A DNA stretch of 64,000 nt from an uncultured Gammaproteobacteria bacterium (GTDB lineage: Bacteria > Pseudomonadota > Gammaproteobacteria > JAURND01). The notes below the pieces were generated by a model that did not search any database, was not told the origin of the DNA, and saw only the letters and a program-made list of their open reading frames with translations. Shown here piece after piece: positions 28,977-38,483 of the stretch. The translations under genes and the position numbers were made by a program. Position 1 is the stretch's first letter, and every line of letters begins with the position of its first letter. Where the stretch lies: contig CAWFAS010000003.1 in the NCBI GenBank assembly GCA_963813895.1, positions 543,914 through 607,913 on the forward strand. Reading direction: 5' to 3'.

Positions 28977-29762
28977 CTACTTCGCATAAGGCGGGTTATG
29001 CAAAGCTTTGCATAATCCACCCTGTGGCGTCCCTTCTTCTGTTGGATAAAATGCTTGTTTCTCGATGTAGCCAGATTTCAACCATTTTCGGAGAATTTTT
29101 CTATCTATAAGGATATTATTTTCTAACCATAAATGGTCTATTTTATCGAAGCACGATTTTATATCCCCTTCGAGAATCCACTGGGCAGATGTTCCTTTTG
29201 CAAGGGCATTGAAGCATTGCTCAATGGCGTCAGCACAAGATCTCTTAACCCTAAAACCATATGAGTTTTTATCCGCTTGAGTTTCTGCTACAGGTTCTAA
29301 AGCTAGCAAATGCAATGCTTGCATCGCTCTATCAGCCATCGTAGGGATTCCCAACGGGCGAGTCTGAGTGCTATCATTTTTCTTGGGGATATAAACACGC
29401 CGCAGCGGTTGAGGTTGGTAGCCTCTTTGCTTCAACGCACGTGCTGCTTGCATCTTTTCTTGTGAAGTCTTCCAGATGATACCGTCAACTCCAGCTGTTT
29501 TACTGCCAGAGTTTTCGGCGACTCGTTTTGTCGCTAGTAATTTAGCACAATGCGAGTGAGTTAGGAGATGTTGCAGAGCTTTCGCTTTGCCGCGTTTCCC
29601 TTCTCTAATGGCCTTCGCGATACGCACTTGCAGCCGGTAAACATGCTTGATAACCCTTGACCAATTTATAAAGCCCCAGGTCTTCAAACCTGCCGGAAGG
29701 GCACCCACTGACGATATTGCTGTCGCGGTCATTTGCGTTCTCCCATTATGCCGGTTCTCCAA
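28977..29762 (-). pseudogene. N-terminal fragment (RT blocks 0-4) of the split group II intron RT
   Basis: RPLGIPTMADRAMQ, GFRVKRSCADAI, ILEGDIKSCFDKIDH, ...GTPQGG, then runs into the RIT terminal repeat (LCKALHNPPYAK-stop). Confidence 0.8.
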
Positions 29763-30259
29763 GTTCTCTCACGATAAAACACCAGCTGGATGTGGGCCCG
29801 CTTGCGCGTTGAGTGGTTCAAACCCATATCTCTGTCGTTACAACAGAGCGTTCGCTTTTTCCAGCATCTCAAGCCTGCACTGTTGTAGGCTAGCTTTACA
29901 GTTAGCTTTCCTAAGGAAATCATTAGGGGCAGCACAGGGTTTCCACGTTCCGCTCAAATGAGTATGTCAGGTTAGGTGCCTACTATAGAACGGGAGATTC
30001 GGTGGCCACGAAAGTATATGGAAGAGAAAACTTTCCTATCTCCAGTGCTGATTTTAGCCAAGGCGTGTCAACCACTTTCGCCTTTTTTAAAGTTAACGTT
30101 CTTTGCGTAGATTCACATTACATTCACCATACTGACTTTCTAGCACTCACCCAACTTTGTGGTTGTCAGGAGGGCACGCTTCTTGCGATTTGTGCCCCGT
30201 GCACTAAACTTTGCACTTTGTTACGTTGTCAGGGTCGCTCTTTATTCAGACCCGTAGAA

Positions 30260-30502
30260 TCACCCGGTGGCACGGGTGGTCCCTCGCTCTTTTGAGTGGG
30301 ACAACTTTTTTTGAGCGACTTCGTGTCGCAACTTCCAGTCTTTATCCATCTTTAACAGATATTTAGCAGCCTCCACCAGGAAAAATTCTTTGTCTGCAAC
30401 CCCGGCCCATTGTATGTACTGTTCTATCTCAGCATTCAGGGATTTAGGCAGCTTGGTTCTGACGGCCACTGTTTCCAGATTAACCGGTTTAATTAACGGC
30501 AT
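30260..30502 (-). CDS. small hypothetical protein (possible ribbon-helix-helix type); 3' end overlaps the presumed intron 5' region
   Basis: 80-aa ORF MPLIKPVNLETVAVRTKLPKSLNAEIEQY... No firm homology. Confidence 0.3.
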   Translation of the reverse strand: MPLIKPVNLETVAVRTKLPKSLNAEIEQYIQWAGVADKEFFLVEAAKYLLKMDKDWKLRHEVAQKKLSHSKERGTTRATG

Positions 30503-30881
30503 GATCGACTCCTTTTTTATAAATATATTTTAGATTTTATCTTAAGATAGCATAGGTTTTTTATCCTGGGTTGTCTATGGATTTTTCTGAAAATGCAGCG
30601 CCGTTTCTTATCTGGAGTAGGCCTGTGTTTTATATAAAAATCAACTATGGATAGGAGCTATTTTAGGTGCGTTGTAAGGTGTGCCGCTGCTAATTTGGCT
30701 GGCTGCAAACCACATTAAAACTTGGACCAAAATAAAGTAATTTTCCACACAAAACTTTGCTAAAATAATCGCCAAATTAGCAACAGCACGTGTGTACCCT
30801 GACGGGCTGCGCCCGTCAGGGTACACATTTTTTTGCGCAATATATATTGCTGATTTATAAAAGAAAAGAAAGGATTTTTAT

Positions 30882-31397
30882 ATGAAGAAAGAGACAGTAA
30901 AATTGAGACAGCATTTTGAGACAATAAATACTGATAAATTGGTTAATGGAAGCATCACGAACAGTCACTTATATTGCCACCTGCAACAACTCATGGGGAG
31001 GCTGGCAGATGATGAAATTTCCCATGCTTGCAGAGATCTGATAGGGGCAATGAACACCGCTTTACTCACAGGAGAAAGCCCTGAAAAACTAGTCCGGCGT
31101 ATTGGCAGAAAGCGTTCACCAAAGCTATATAATTTGCACTCCATGACTAGAGAAGAAGCCAAAAAAGAACTGGTAGAAATCAGACGACTGCGCAGATTGG
31201 CCGCAGCACATTCACCTATTCCTGGTGCACGAAAATTGGAACAATACCACCCTGAAATTATCACCCTCTATCAGTCAGATGCCTCTTATCGCGACATCCA
31301 ATTCTGGTTACGCGCCAAGAAAGGATTAGTGGTGTCTCATCATAGCGTACAGCGTTATCTAAAGGCCGTGTTAAATCATGATCCGAAAGAAATCTGA
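30882..31397 (+). CDS. hypothetical protein with C-terminal HTH-like segment, co-operonic with the downstream recombinase
   Basis: 171 aa. Overlaps the next gene by 20 nt. C-terminal ...ASYRDIQFWLRAKKGLVVSHHSVQRYL resembles an HTH. Confidence 0.45.
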   Translation: MKKETVKLRQHFETINTDKLVNGSITNSHLYCHLQQLMGRLADDEISHACRDLIGAMNTALLTGESPEKLVRRIGRKRSPKLYNLHSMTREEAKKELVEIRRLRRLAAAHSPIPGARKLEQYHPEIITLYQSDASYRDIQFWLRAKKGLVVSHHSVQRYLKAVLNHDPKEI

Positions 31398-32340
31398 TGG
31401 AAAAACCAGCGTTCAAGGTCATGCGCGATTCTCATTACGTGAGCAAGCTGAAAAGTATATAGACGCACGTGCTAATCGCGGCAAAAGCAAAGCCAGCGGC
31501 GCTATTTTGCGCAGCGACCGGACAGTGCAACGGTATCAGGGTGACTTGGGCCGAGCAGCTGAAGCCATTCAAAAAATCTACGGCATAATCCGCCTGAAAG
31601 ACATCACCCAACAGCAGGCCCAAGAATATATTGACGGACGTTTACGCGAAAAAATCAGAGTTCGCACGGTGCAGGGATACGCCAAAGCATTAGAAATGTT
31701 ACCTTTAGTTAAAAGTCTGACAGTGCCTTCACGGGCGAGTGATAAGCGGGATAAACCATGCCAGACTAGAGCCTATACCTATGAGCAAATTCAGGCGATC
31801 CAACATCATATTGTGACACCAACTGTGCGCTTGGCCATACAAATTCTGCAGGAATCAGGATGCCGAACCAAGGACTTTGCCTCAATCCGATTAGAAGCTG
31901 AACGGCCAGTTAAAAATGCCCGCTTAAACAAACTACATGCTGATCGATTTGCTGGCCGAGAGAACTGGGTTAAGGTCACTTTTGTCGGCAAGGGAGGCCA
32001 TGAATATATCTCAACCATTTCGCCTAAAACCGCAGAGGAGTTGGCTAAATACCGTCTGCCGCAGCCTCGTGATTTCCGAGAGCGTAACCAGGCTAACGTG
32101 GTGGCTAAACAGTATTATGATTTACCCGCGGGTTTCAATTTATCCAAGATTTGGAGTGAGGCATCCAGGAAAGCTTTATTAAATTCTAAGGGCGCGCACG
32201 GGCTTCGACATTACTTTGCGCAAAGCCGATTGCGGGAGATGTTATGGGCGGGTATGACCTGGGATAAAGCGGTGGAATGTGTTAGTCAGCTCATGGGTCA
32301 CTACCGCGCTTCGGAGGTAATAAACACCTATTTGCGATAG
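31378..32340 (+). CDS. tyrosine recombinase / phage-integrase-family protein (second, internal to the island)
   Basis: SAM-like N-terminal domain. C-terminal KGAHGLRHYFAQ ... LMGHYRASEVINTYLR (H-x-x-R ... Y). Confidence 0.75.
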   Translation: MIRKKSDGKTSVQGHARFSLREQAEKYIDARANRGKSKASGAILRSDRTVQRYQGDLGRAAEAIQKIYGIIRLKDITQQQAQEYIDGRLREKIRVRTVQGYAKALEMLPLVKSLTVPSRASDKRDKPCQTRAYTYEQIQAIQHHIVTPTVRLAIQILQESGCRTKDFASIRLEAERPVKNARLNKLHADRFAGRENWVKVTFVGKGGHEYISTISPKTAEELAKYRLPQPRDFRERNQANVVAKQYYDLPAGFNLSKIWSEASRKALLNSKGAHGLRHYFAQSRLREMLWAGMTWDKAVECVSQLMGHYRASEVINTYLR

Positions 32341-32371
32341 TGCCTGGAAATCAAATTTTAGTTAAGTGACA

Positions 32372-32402
32372 TTTTTCATGAGACATGAAAAATGACGCCT
32401 CC
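32372..32402. terminator. 13-bp perfect palindrome GTCATTTTTCATG-AGA-CATGAAAAATGAC between convergent genes (possible bidirectional terminator)
   Basis: Read directly. AT-rich stem, so terminator function is uncertain. Confidence 0.35.
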
Positions 32403-32596
32403 AAAGAGACGATTTTATGAGCCAATCAAGTGGCTCACTGGTGCCAACTGTCGTGTGGAGTCTATAACACAACAGAAGGATGCAAAGGTATTTTTGTGTT
32501 CAAAAATACCTTTGCAAAGAGGGCAATCTCTGCTCTCAGGCAACCGCGACGAGAAACCCAGAATGGTTTCCCGTTGCGGCAAAGACATTAGTACCA

Positions 32597-33124
32597 TTAA
32601 AGCAAACCTGTTTCAGCAAAACTAAATACTTGCCTGCCTGAGACAATAAAATGGTCCAATACCTTAATATCAAATAACTGCAAAATCTCTACCAACCTTG
32701 TTGTGATAGCCTTATCCGCCGTGCTGGGGTTTGTGCTATCACCCGATGGGTGATTATGTGCCAGGATGAGATTAACCGCGTTTAATTCCAATGCTTTTTT
32801 TGCAACTTCACGCGGATACACATGTGTGTTGCTAACACTACCGCGAAACATGGGTTCAAATGCAATTAACTTATTGCGGCAGTTTAAAAAAGCAACCCCA
32901 AACACTTCATAGGGTAAGGCGGACAAATGCATGATAAAAAAATCTTTGGCAGTACGACAGTCGGTAAAAGACTCTTTTTCAATACCCTGTTGATTTAAAA
33001 TGTTTTTAGCTTGTTCAATAATCTCCGCGCCGGTAACAGGGCGGGTAGCAGTATAAACATTAGAGGTTCCCTCATTAACAAAAGCAACCTCAGTATGTGT
33101 GGATAAATTTTGATGCATCAACAT
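32597..33124 (-). CDS. radC: RadC-like JAB/MPN-domain protein (UPF0758)
   Basis: JAMM motif region LILAHNHPSGDSTNPSTADKAITTRL. Start placed at the Met preceded by AGGAGA at 33124 (the ORF track extends to 33256). Confidence 0.8.
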   Translation of the reverse strand: MLMHQNLSTHTEVAFVNEGTSNVYTATRPVTGAEIIEQAKNILNQQGIEKESFTDCRTAKDFFIMHLSALPYEVFGVAFLNCRNKLIAFEPMFRGSVSNTHVYPREVAKKALELNAVNLILAHNHPSGDSTNPSTADKAITTRLVEILQLFDIKVLDHFIVSGRQVFSFAETGLL

Positions 33125-33149
33125 ATCTCCTGATTGAAAAAAAACCCAC

Positions 33150-33200
33150 AACGGAAATATATCCCCGCAGGGAAATATATTTCCCTGAAGTTGGGGAATT
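33150..33200 (-). repeat. palindromic hairpin element (GGGAAATATaTCCCcGCAGGGAAATATaTTTCCC type) just upstream of the radC start; member of the intergenic hairpin family seen at 40.5-42.9 kb
   Basis: Compare with 42866-42915 (GGGGAAATATTCCCTGCAGGGATATTTCCCC). Confidence 0.55.
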
Positions 33201-33359
33201 TGAAAAATCACCGCATAAGACCATGTTGAGTTGGCGGCAAAAAAGCGCAAACCCACTTAGTTTATGGATGATAGTTGAAATGCAAGCAGAGCAGACTTGC
33301 GATAAATACGGTAATCTGTATGAAAGACAGTAAAGAGTCTAAAGACTACGTTGCGCGAA

Positions 33360-33480
33360 AGAAGAATCCCCGAGGATACGGGTACAACCACAAAACCATT
33401 ATGAAAAAAATGGCGATCAGGGGTTTTCATTGTGGCTACGCCTGATCTTCACTGCGATTTTGAGTCTTGCAGTGTTGGAC
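33360..33480. repeat. ~110-bp diverged repeat (AAGAATCCCC..GGAT.GGGTAC...TGGCGATCAGGG...GCTACGCCTGATCTTCACTGCG.TTT..AGTCTTGCAG) with second copy at 43560-43670
   Basis: The two copies share ~70-75% identity, including a 23-nt perfect block GCTACGCCTGATCTTCACTGCG. Each lies ~250-300 bp upstream (minus sense) of a core operon start: radC and ssb. Confidence 0.6.
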
Positions 33481-34317
33481 TTAAGTTTTCAATATTATAC
33501 CAGCTGATTTGCATGTCAAGCATTTCCAGATTGAGGTTATGCGGTCGCTTTAAAAAGTATTTTTAAAGGATATTTAGGCGGGCATTTCAAGAAGCTGCCA
33601 CGTCTTTCGGTTGGGAGCTGCAATCAATTCTGAATAAGTTTCGGCAGTATAGGGGTAGTGCTGACGGGATACTTAATCTCAAGAGCCAGTGTTTCTGCTC
33701 CATCAATACATCGAGAAGCTCTGTATCGTGCTGGTATCGCAGGCTCGAATATGGGTCGGTGAGGCGCGGCGGATGAAGCACGCAGCCAACTTCTACGCAC
33801 GAGTTTTCGCGCCTGGTTTCTTGGGCAGACTTTCGTGGCGGCTTGGATGCGGCGCTTGCATGGCCTGCTGCGCAGTCCATGCAAGGAGTTCGCTGTACTC
33901 ACATCTTCTCTTTAGGTGCGTCTTGTAATCCCTTGGATGAAAATCCAGGCGATGTGTGGATGATCCCCAATATAAAAGCCAATCATTGCGAGAAAACACT
34001 ATACCCATTTGCTGTGGTGACATGGTGATTCCTATAAACAAAATAATCCATCAAAGGTGATTATTTTGGTTGTATTGAGGAAGTCAAAAAGCGCATTCAA
34101 TTGTATTACGGAAAATGGATCCAATAATTTGGGCACTCAACTAAAACAGATAATAGGCAAACACGCTCCCATGTTGCTGTATGTCAAATCTCAACTCAAG
34201 GCAGCCATATTCGCTGCTGAATCTAAAACTAAAAATGACCATACATAAAATAGCTTAGAAAAACTATTTAATTGATGTTCATGATACGAGTCACCCAAGA
34301 ATCGGTATGACCCCCTT

Positions 34318-34421
34318 TTGATCGTTAGCTCCTAACGATTTTAAGAGGCAATTGCATTACCGTTAGCGCCTAACGATATTGACAAGTAATTATATTATCG
34401 TTAGCATCTAACGAAAATAAG
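34318..34421 (+). promoter_or_regulatory. array of three 18-bp palindromic operator-like sites (TCGTTAGCTCCTAACGAT, CCGTTAGCGCCTAACGAT, TCGTTAGCATCTAACGAA) immediately upstream of ORF 34431
   Basis: Each is CGTTAG-N-CTAACG dyad symmetry, spaced ~43 bp. Related sites occur at 34880-34897 (GCGTTAGGTTCTAACGA) and 38024-38042 (AGCGTTAGGTACTAACGCT). Confidence 0.6.
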
Positions 34422-34430
34422 AGAGATGAC

Positions 34431-34865
34431 ATGGCAAGAGCTAAATTTAAAATTGATTCTGAAAAAACATTCCGAATTATCCGGTATTTCATCGATGGCA
34501 TTGATAAATCTCGATGTTTAAAGCATCTTGAAGGACAAGTTCAGGCTCAAAAAGAGTTAAGGTTACTCTTTGATCGATATTTACAAACCGCCACAAGGGA
34601 TACAGCAAAGGATAGCGCTGAGATAACAGAGGAATTAAAAATTTGGTTGGAAAAATATGCTTCAGATAAGGATTGGACCAATTGCCTTGGGGCAATCCGC
34701 CAACGGTCATTTTGCAGCCTTAAGAAAATGAAAACTATTAAATTTCCCGCCAAAGCATATTACGCTATCTATTATTATGCAAACGATAGGGATTTGCCGA
34801 TGTGGGAAGCTGTTTTTCAACTCGTTGAAAAAGAGGAAAGTTTATTGCGCCAGGCCAGGGATTAA
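34431..34865 (+). CDS. hypothetical 144-aa protein, candidate DNA-binding regulator of the palindromic operators
   Basis: ORF follows three dyad operators, and a fourth lies just after its stop. No recognisable family. Regulator role is inference. Confidence 0.45.
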   Translation: MARAKFKIDSEKTFRIIRYFIDGIDKSRCLKHLEGQVQAQKELRLLFDRYLQTATRDTAKDSAEITEELKIWLEKYASDKDWTNCLGAIRQRSFCSLKKMKTIKFPAKAYYAIYYYANDRDLPMWEAVFQLVEKEESLLRQARD

Positions 34866-35209
34866 AAAATCCTTTGCTGAGCGTTAGGTTCTAACGATTA
34901 AAAGGAAGTCTGGTCGATTTGGGCGGGGGTCAAATCTGTAGGGAAGAGGTCGGCAGGGGGGGCTGTGTTTATTTATGCCTTTGATGGCATAAATAAATAT
35001 AGACCTCCTGCTGATTTTCGGGGGCGATCTTGGAAAGCTCTGACCACTTGTGTCTGTCTAGCCAAGGGCCTAAACAGTTACTAATTCTTTTTACGGACTT
35101 CACTTTCCTTTACAGTAATCAAAATGACCTGGATTGTCCGCTCACTTGATCTAGCCCTATTGTTCAATAAATAATTATTAAACAGCCAGCCTTATACAAC
35201 AAAAGCTAC

Positions 35210-37441
35210 CTAAGCCTCAGCCATTTGAATATTATATCTCTCGCATACATCATATAGTGCTTTAATAGAATATTTTTCTTCAGAATTGAGCTGCAGCCCA
35301 TTAATTATGCCAACATGCCTCATCAGTTGGTGCAGATCAATAATTTTTTTGTCAACAAGTATTGAGTCAATATTTTTTTTCAACCCTGACGTGATACTCT
35401 TGCCATAGAGGGAAATTGCGCAGAGAAACTTTAAAAATCCTTCTCCCGTGCGGATTAAATGATTTATCCATAAATTTTCCCCCTCTAAATCACCGCACTC
35501 AACCCACAATAAAAGAATTAAACCCAAATTTTTTAGCGACTCCAATTTACCGTTGTCCCGAGCTTTATGTATGATTTCTAATCCTAATTTTTGCAACAAT
35601 TCAATGTTTTCTTCTTCAAAGTTAGGATCATTACCGGTAGGACTTTTTATTTTATCTAATTCAGTACCCAACCAATACAAAGGAAGGTACACGCCATTAG
35701 TTTCTTTTAATGATTTCGAAATGCAGGTTAATTTTTTGTTTTTATCTGCTTCCGCTCTTATGATTCTATCAATAATAACGGTAATATATGTTTTTGTAAG
35801 ATCATAGGAGGGTTGAGATTGAGACAAACTATCGCCAAAATCAAACAGAACAATGACAAAATTAGATAAATTTTCCTTTTTAATATCTATAGGTGATTGA
35901 TAAAGTCTATAGATTAGTTTAGTTAAAATGTTATTTTTTTCTAGTACTTCAAAATGTTTCCGCAGTGCCTCAATATCTGCCGAATTAATTATAATTTTTT
36001 CAATTTCTTCTTGAGAAACCTCTCCTTCTGATAGCTGAAGCTGAAAATATCTATCGAAAAAATCAGGATGATATAATCTTAGACTGGATTCACCAATGTA
36101 TGGTTTATTAGTAAGGCGACCCTCAAAATATTTCTTCAAGTTTGGAAATAAATAACGTACAATATCTTTTAAACTCTCGTTTTTAATTATTGAATTAATA
36201 AATTTCCTGTTTTCTTCAAAAAGTTCCGGGCTTGAGGAGAAGTTTTCAATAAAATATTTTTTATATTTATAAATATTTTCGTAAAATTTTGGCTCGTATT
36301 GTCGAATTACCTCTAGTAAAATTAAATCCATAATATTTACTTCCAAGGTATTATTTGTTTTCATCATATTTAGTTGAAATTGAAAAATGGATATAAAGCG
36401 CTTAATATCTCTAAGGTTGTTAAAATATCCATAAAAATTTACCAACAATACTTTTTTCTGATAATAGTCATTCAAGTGAGATAAATTATTGTGAATAATA
36501 ATTTTTTCCATATTTTCATGGAAAAAACTATGAATTGCCTGAATGGATGGCTTTGGTAGCTCAAAAGGAACTTGAATAATTTTTTTTAAATATTCTGAGC
36601 CAGAAATCCCATCTTCATGAAGATGAGCTTCAACGATATCTCGTTGAAAGAAAAGTACATAAATTAAGTTTGGAAAATCTGAGTTTGCTTTAATTATTTG
36701 AAATAATAATTTAGTTTCATTCTTATTGAGCCTATCTATGTCGTCAATCATTGTGACAATAGGATTATCAAGTTCATTAAGTAGCTCAGCAACTTCCTCT
36801 TTTATGGTTTGTAAAGATTTATTTTCTTCAAAACTCAGGCAGTCATGAAGGACATCAAAAAAGTTAGCCAAGTAATCAGATAAACTAACAAATGATAAAA
36901 TAACAACGGGTATTAATAAAAGCCAATGAGAATAACCATTTAATAATTTTAAAAATGGAGTTACTCCAATTGCCCCCAAAATAGTAAAAATCCACTTATT
37001 ACTTTTACCCAATGGACGAAAAATTATAGACGCTATGCGTAAACGAAGAGCATATTTTTTTAGTTTCTTTATTATTTTTTCAATTTTCTTTTTATTTTCT
37101 TTATTCTTGCTAGAATATAATCCAATTTGAACTTGATTAAACAGTTCCTTAGCAATAGCATGTTGTTCTTGCCATTCCCACGGATTAAACTGAACAACTT
37201 TAGCTCTACCTTTCAAACACTCAATTATCATGTTTTTAACCGAGGATTTGCCACTCCCCCACTCACCATACACCCCTATAATCAAATTATCTTTATTTTT
37301 ATATTTAGATATAGTTGTGGCGATATTTTCAGCAAATTTAGCACGATTAAGAAGGTCATCTTTTTTGTTTTCAATGGCTCGGTCATTGAAGAAAGGAGAA
37401 TCTTCAGCATCACTTTTTTCCATTTCAATAGTCCTAATCAA
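35210..37441 (-). CDS. KAP-family P-loop NTPase with membrane-spanning insertion
   Basis: Walker A GVYGEWGSGKSSV near the N-terminus. Two hydrophobic helices inserted after it (IFTILGAIGVTPFL..., LLLIPVVILSFVSL), which is diagnostic of KAP NTPases. Walker B-like IDDIDRL. Confidence 0.8.
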   Translation of the reverse strand: MIRTIEMEKSDAEDSPFFNDRAIENKKDDLLNRAKFAENIATTISKYKNKDNLIIGVYGEWGSGKSSVKNMIIECLKGRAKVVQFNPWEWQEQHAIAKELFNQVQIGLYSSKNKENKKKIEKIIKKLKKYALRLRIASIIFRPLGKSNKWIFTILGAIGVTPFLKLLNGYSHWLLLIPVVILSFVSLSDYLANFFDVLHDCLSFEENKSLQTIKEEVAELLNELDNPIVTMIDDIDRLNKNETKLLFQIIKANSDFPNLIYVLFFQRDIVEAHLHEDGISGSEYLKKIIQVPFELPKPSIQAIHSFFHENMEKIIIHNNLSHLNDYYQKKVLLVNFYGYFNNLRDIKRFISIFQFQLNMMKTNNTLEVNIMDLILLEVIRQYEPKFYENIYKYKKYFIENFSSSPELFEENRKFINSIIKNESLKDIVRYLFPNLKKYFEGRLTNKPYIGESSLRLYHPDFFDRYFQLQLSEGEVSQEEIEKIIINSADIEALRKHFEVLEKNNILTKLIYRLYQSPIDIKKENLSNFVIVLFDFGDSLSQSQPSYDLTKTYITVIIDRIIRAEADKNKKLTCISKSLKETNGVYLPLYWLGTELDKIKSPTGNDPNFEEENIELLQKLGLEIIHKARDNGKLESLKNLGLILLLWVECGDLEGENLWINHLIRTGEGFLKFLCAISLYGKSITSGLKKNIDSILVDKKIIDLHQLMRHVGIINGLQLNSEEKYSIKALYDVCERYNIQMAEA

Positions 37442-37757
37442 AATTAATTAATAACTCAAAAAAAAGAGTACCCAACTGATAACTCAGTTAGGCACTTAAG
37501 CAATTATGCTACTCTTCAATTAATTGCTTGGCCAACGCCACTTCAACATTCTCAGCCTCCATGTTCAACACATCAAGACTGGTCTTGGGCATTGTCCCTG
37601 CGGTTGATTAACTCACCGCAATCTTCTTGGCCATCAGCGAAGGGCACTCTATTTGCGCCGTCCGTTTATAACCCAAAAAATGTACAGCCGCCGGTCGAGT
37701 CTGCCCGATACCCAACTACGTCGCGTCGCTTGCAGCAAAGTATATGGGCAGGGGGTC

Positions 37758-37946
37758 CTATTTGTGGGGAATATAGCTGCACAATAATGTAGCTGTTATG
37801 CGGCCATAAGAATTAATGAGCATAAGCATGCTTTGAAGCAGAATTTTAATCTCACTGCCAATTTTTTTGTTCACTGAGAGATGGTCAAGCTCCGACTTGA
37901 TCCGATCAACCTCTTCGCGCACTGATTGTTTATTAACACTGCTCAT
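37758..37946 (-). CDS. 62-aa hypothetical protein upstream of the KAP NTPase, downstream of operator-like palindrome at 38024
   Basis: Small ORF on the same strand as the KAP gene. Weak. Confidence 0.25.
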   Translation of the reverse strand: MSSVNKQSVREEVDRIKSELDHLSVNKKIGSEIKILLQSMLMLINSYGRITATLLCSYIPHK

Positions 37947-38023
37947 ATTATTCCTAGCGATCTAATTAAACTTTCGCTATTATAACATAGGTTTTTTTGA
38001 CCCTCGCAATTGCGCGCCATTTA

Positions 38024-38042
38024 TTAGCGTTAGGTACTAACG
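38024..38042. promoter_or_regulatory. operator-like palindrome AGCGTTAGGTACTAACGCT (same family as 34318-34421)
   Basis: Perfect dyad, ~80 bp upstream of the minus-strand ORF 37758-37946 and the KAP NTPase gene. Confidence 0.5.
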
Positions 38043-38110
38043 CTTAAAAGAAGTCATACGGATCTGTGCTAGCTCTCCATCGCGTTTAGTGACGCAATAA
38101 CATGCCTTTA

Positions 38111-38422
38111 TTAGAAGCAGTCAAGCGCTCTGCTGTAGCAGGACACGTTTTTAGTTATGCACCTGCCCCCGGGCCGGGCATTATTTGGATTGATCTTAAT
38201 AGCCTGCTCATAGGCCCTTAAAGCGACTTCCAACTTATCTTGTTGGTATAAGGTCAAACCCAAGTCCAGGACGATGCTTATAGTATCGCCTTTGACTTTG
38301 CCCAACTGTTGACCAGTGGGCAATTTGCCTTTGAGTAACTGAGTGGATAGCTCACTCTCGACAGTACCAAATAAACCCAATATTTGTGCGCCTTTGCCCA
38401 GTGTTTGATCTACGAGCAGCAA
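38111..38422 (-). pseudogene. TPR-like gene fragment
   Basis: Only ~25 aa (ALRAYEQAIKINPNNA) look TPR-like. Abuts the truncated copy of the 4.28-kb repeat. Confidence 0.25.
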
Positions 38423-38436
38423 TTATCATGAGCTAA

Positions 38437-38483
38437 AAAATAATGGCTAGCTTGGCCGATATTATTAATGGCTTGAGTGGATA
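38437..38483 (+). repeat. second (truncated) copy of the 4280-4330 repeat
   Basis: ATAATGGCTAGCTTGGCCGATATTATTAATGGCTTGAGTGGATAA versus ATAATGGCTAGCATGGCTGACATTTTTAACAGATTGGGTGGATA. Confidence 0.6.

Larger units (their letters stand above)
25539..29014 (+). mobile_element. RIT (recombinase-in-trio) element: three overlapping tyrosine-recombinase genes with imperfect terminal inverted repeats, flanked by a 6-bp direct repeat TCCACC (25533-25538 and 29015-29020)
   Basis: Left end TTATGCGAAGAAAGTAATTATGCAAAGTAG. The right end in reverse complement is TTATGCAAAGCTTTGCATAACCCGCCTTATGCGAAGTAGG. Sub-terminal TTTACTTTGCATAAT motifs occur at both ends. Deleting 25539-29014 plus one TCCACC restores the RT reading frame ...TPQGGIISPTMANIVLD... 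Confidence 0.8.
24626..30300 (-). mobile_element. second group II intron, inactivated by a RIT-element insertion inside its RT gene; 5' boundary not found
   Basis: Domain V (GAGCGTAGTGCGATGAAAGTCGCAAGCTGCGTTCT) is the reverse complement of 24671-24705. A domain VI hairpin with bulged A lies at 24630-24666. The two RT halves, at 28977-29762 and 24771-25517, read through one another once the insert is removed. No GUGYG 5' end was found within 650 nt upstream, so the right boundary is approximate. Confidence 0.65.

Noticed and set aside
33587-34041. Five mutually overlapping ORFs (61-97 aa) on both strands
   Set aside because: All fall in a short GC-rich patch where every frame is open. None has recognisable motifs, so it was treated as non-coding/foreign scrap rather than genes.
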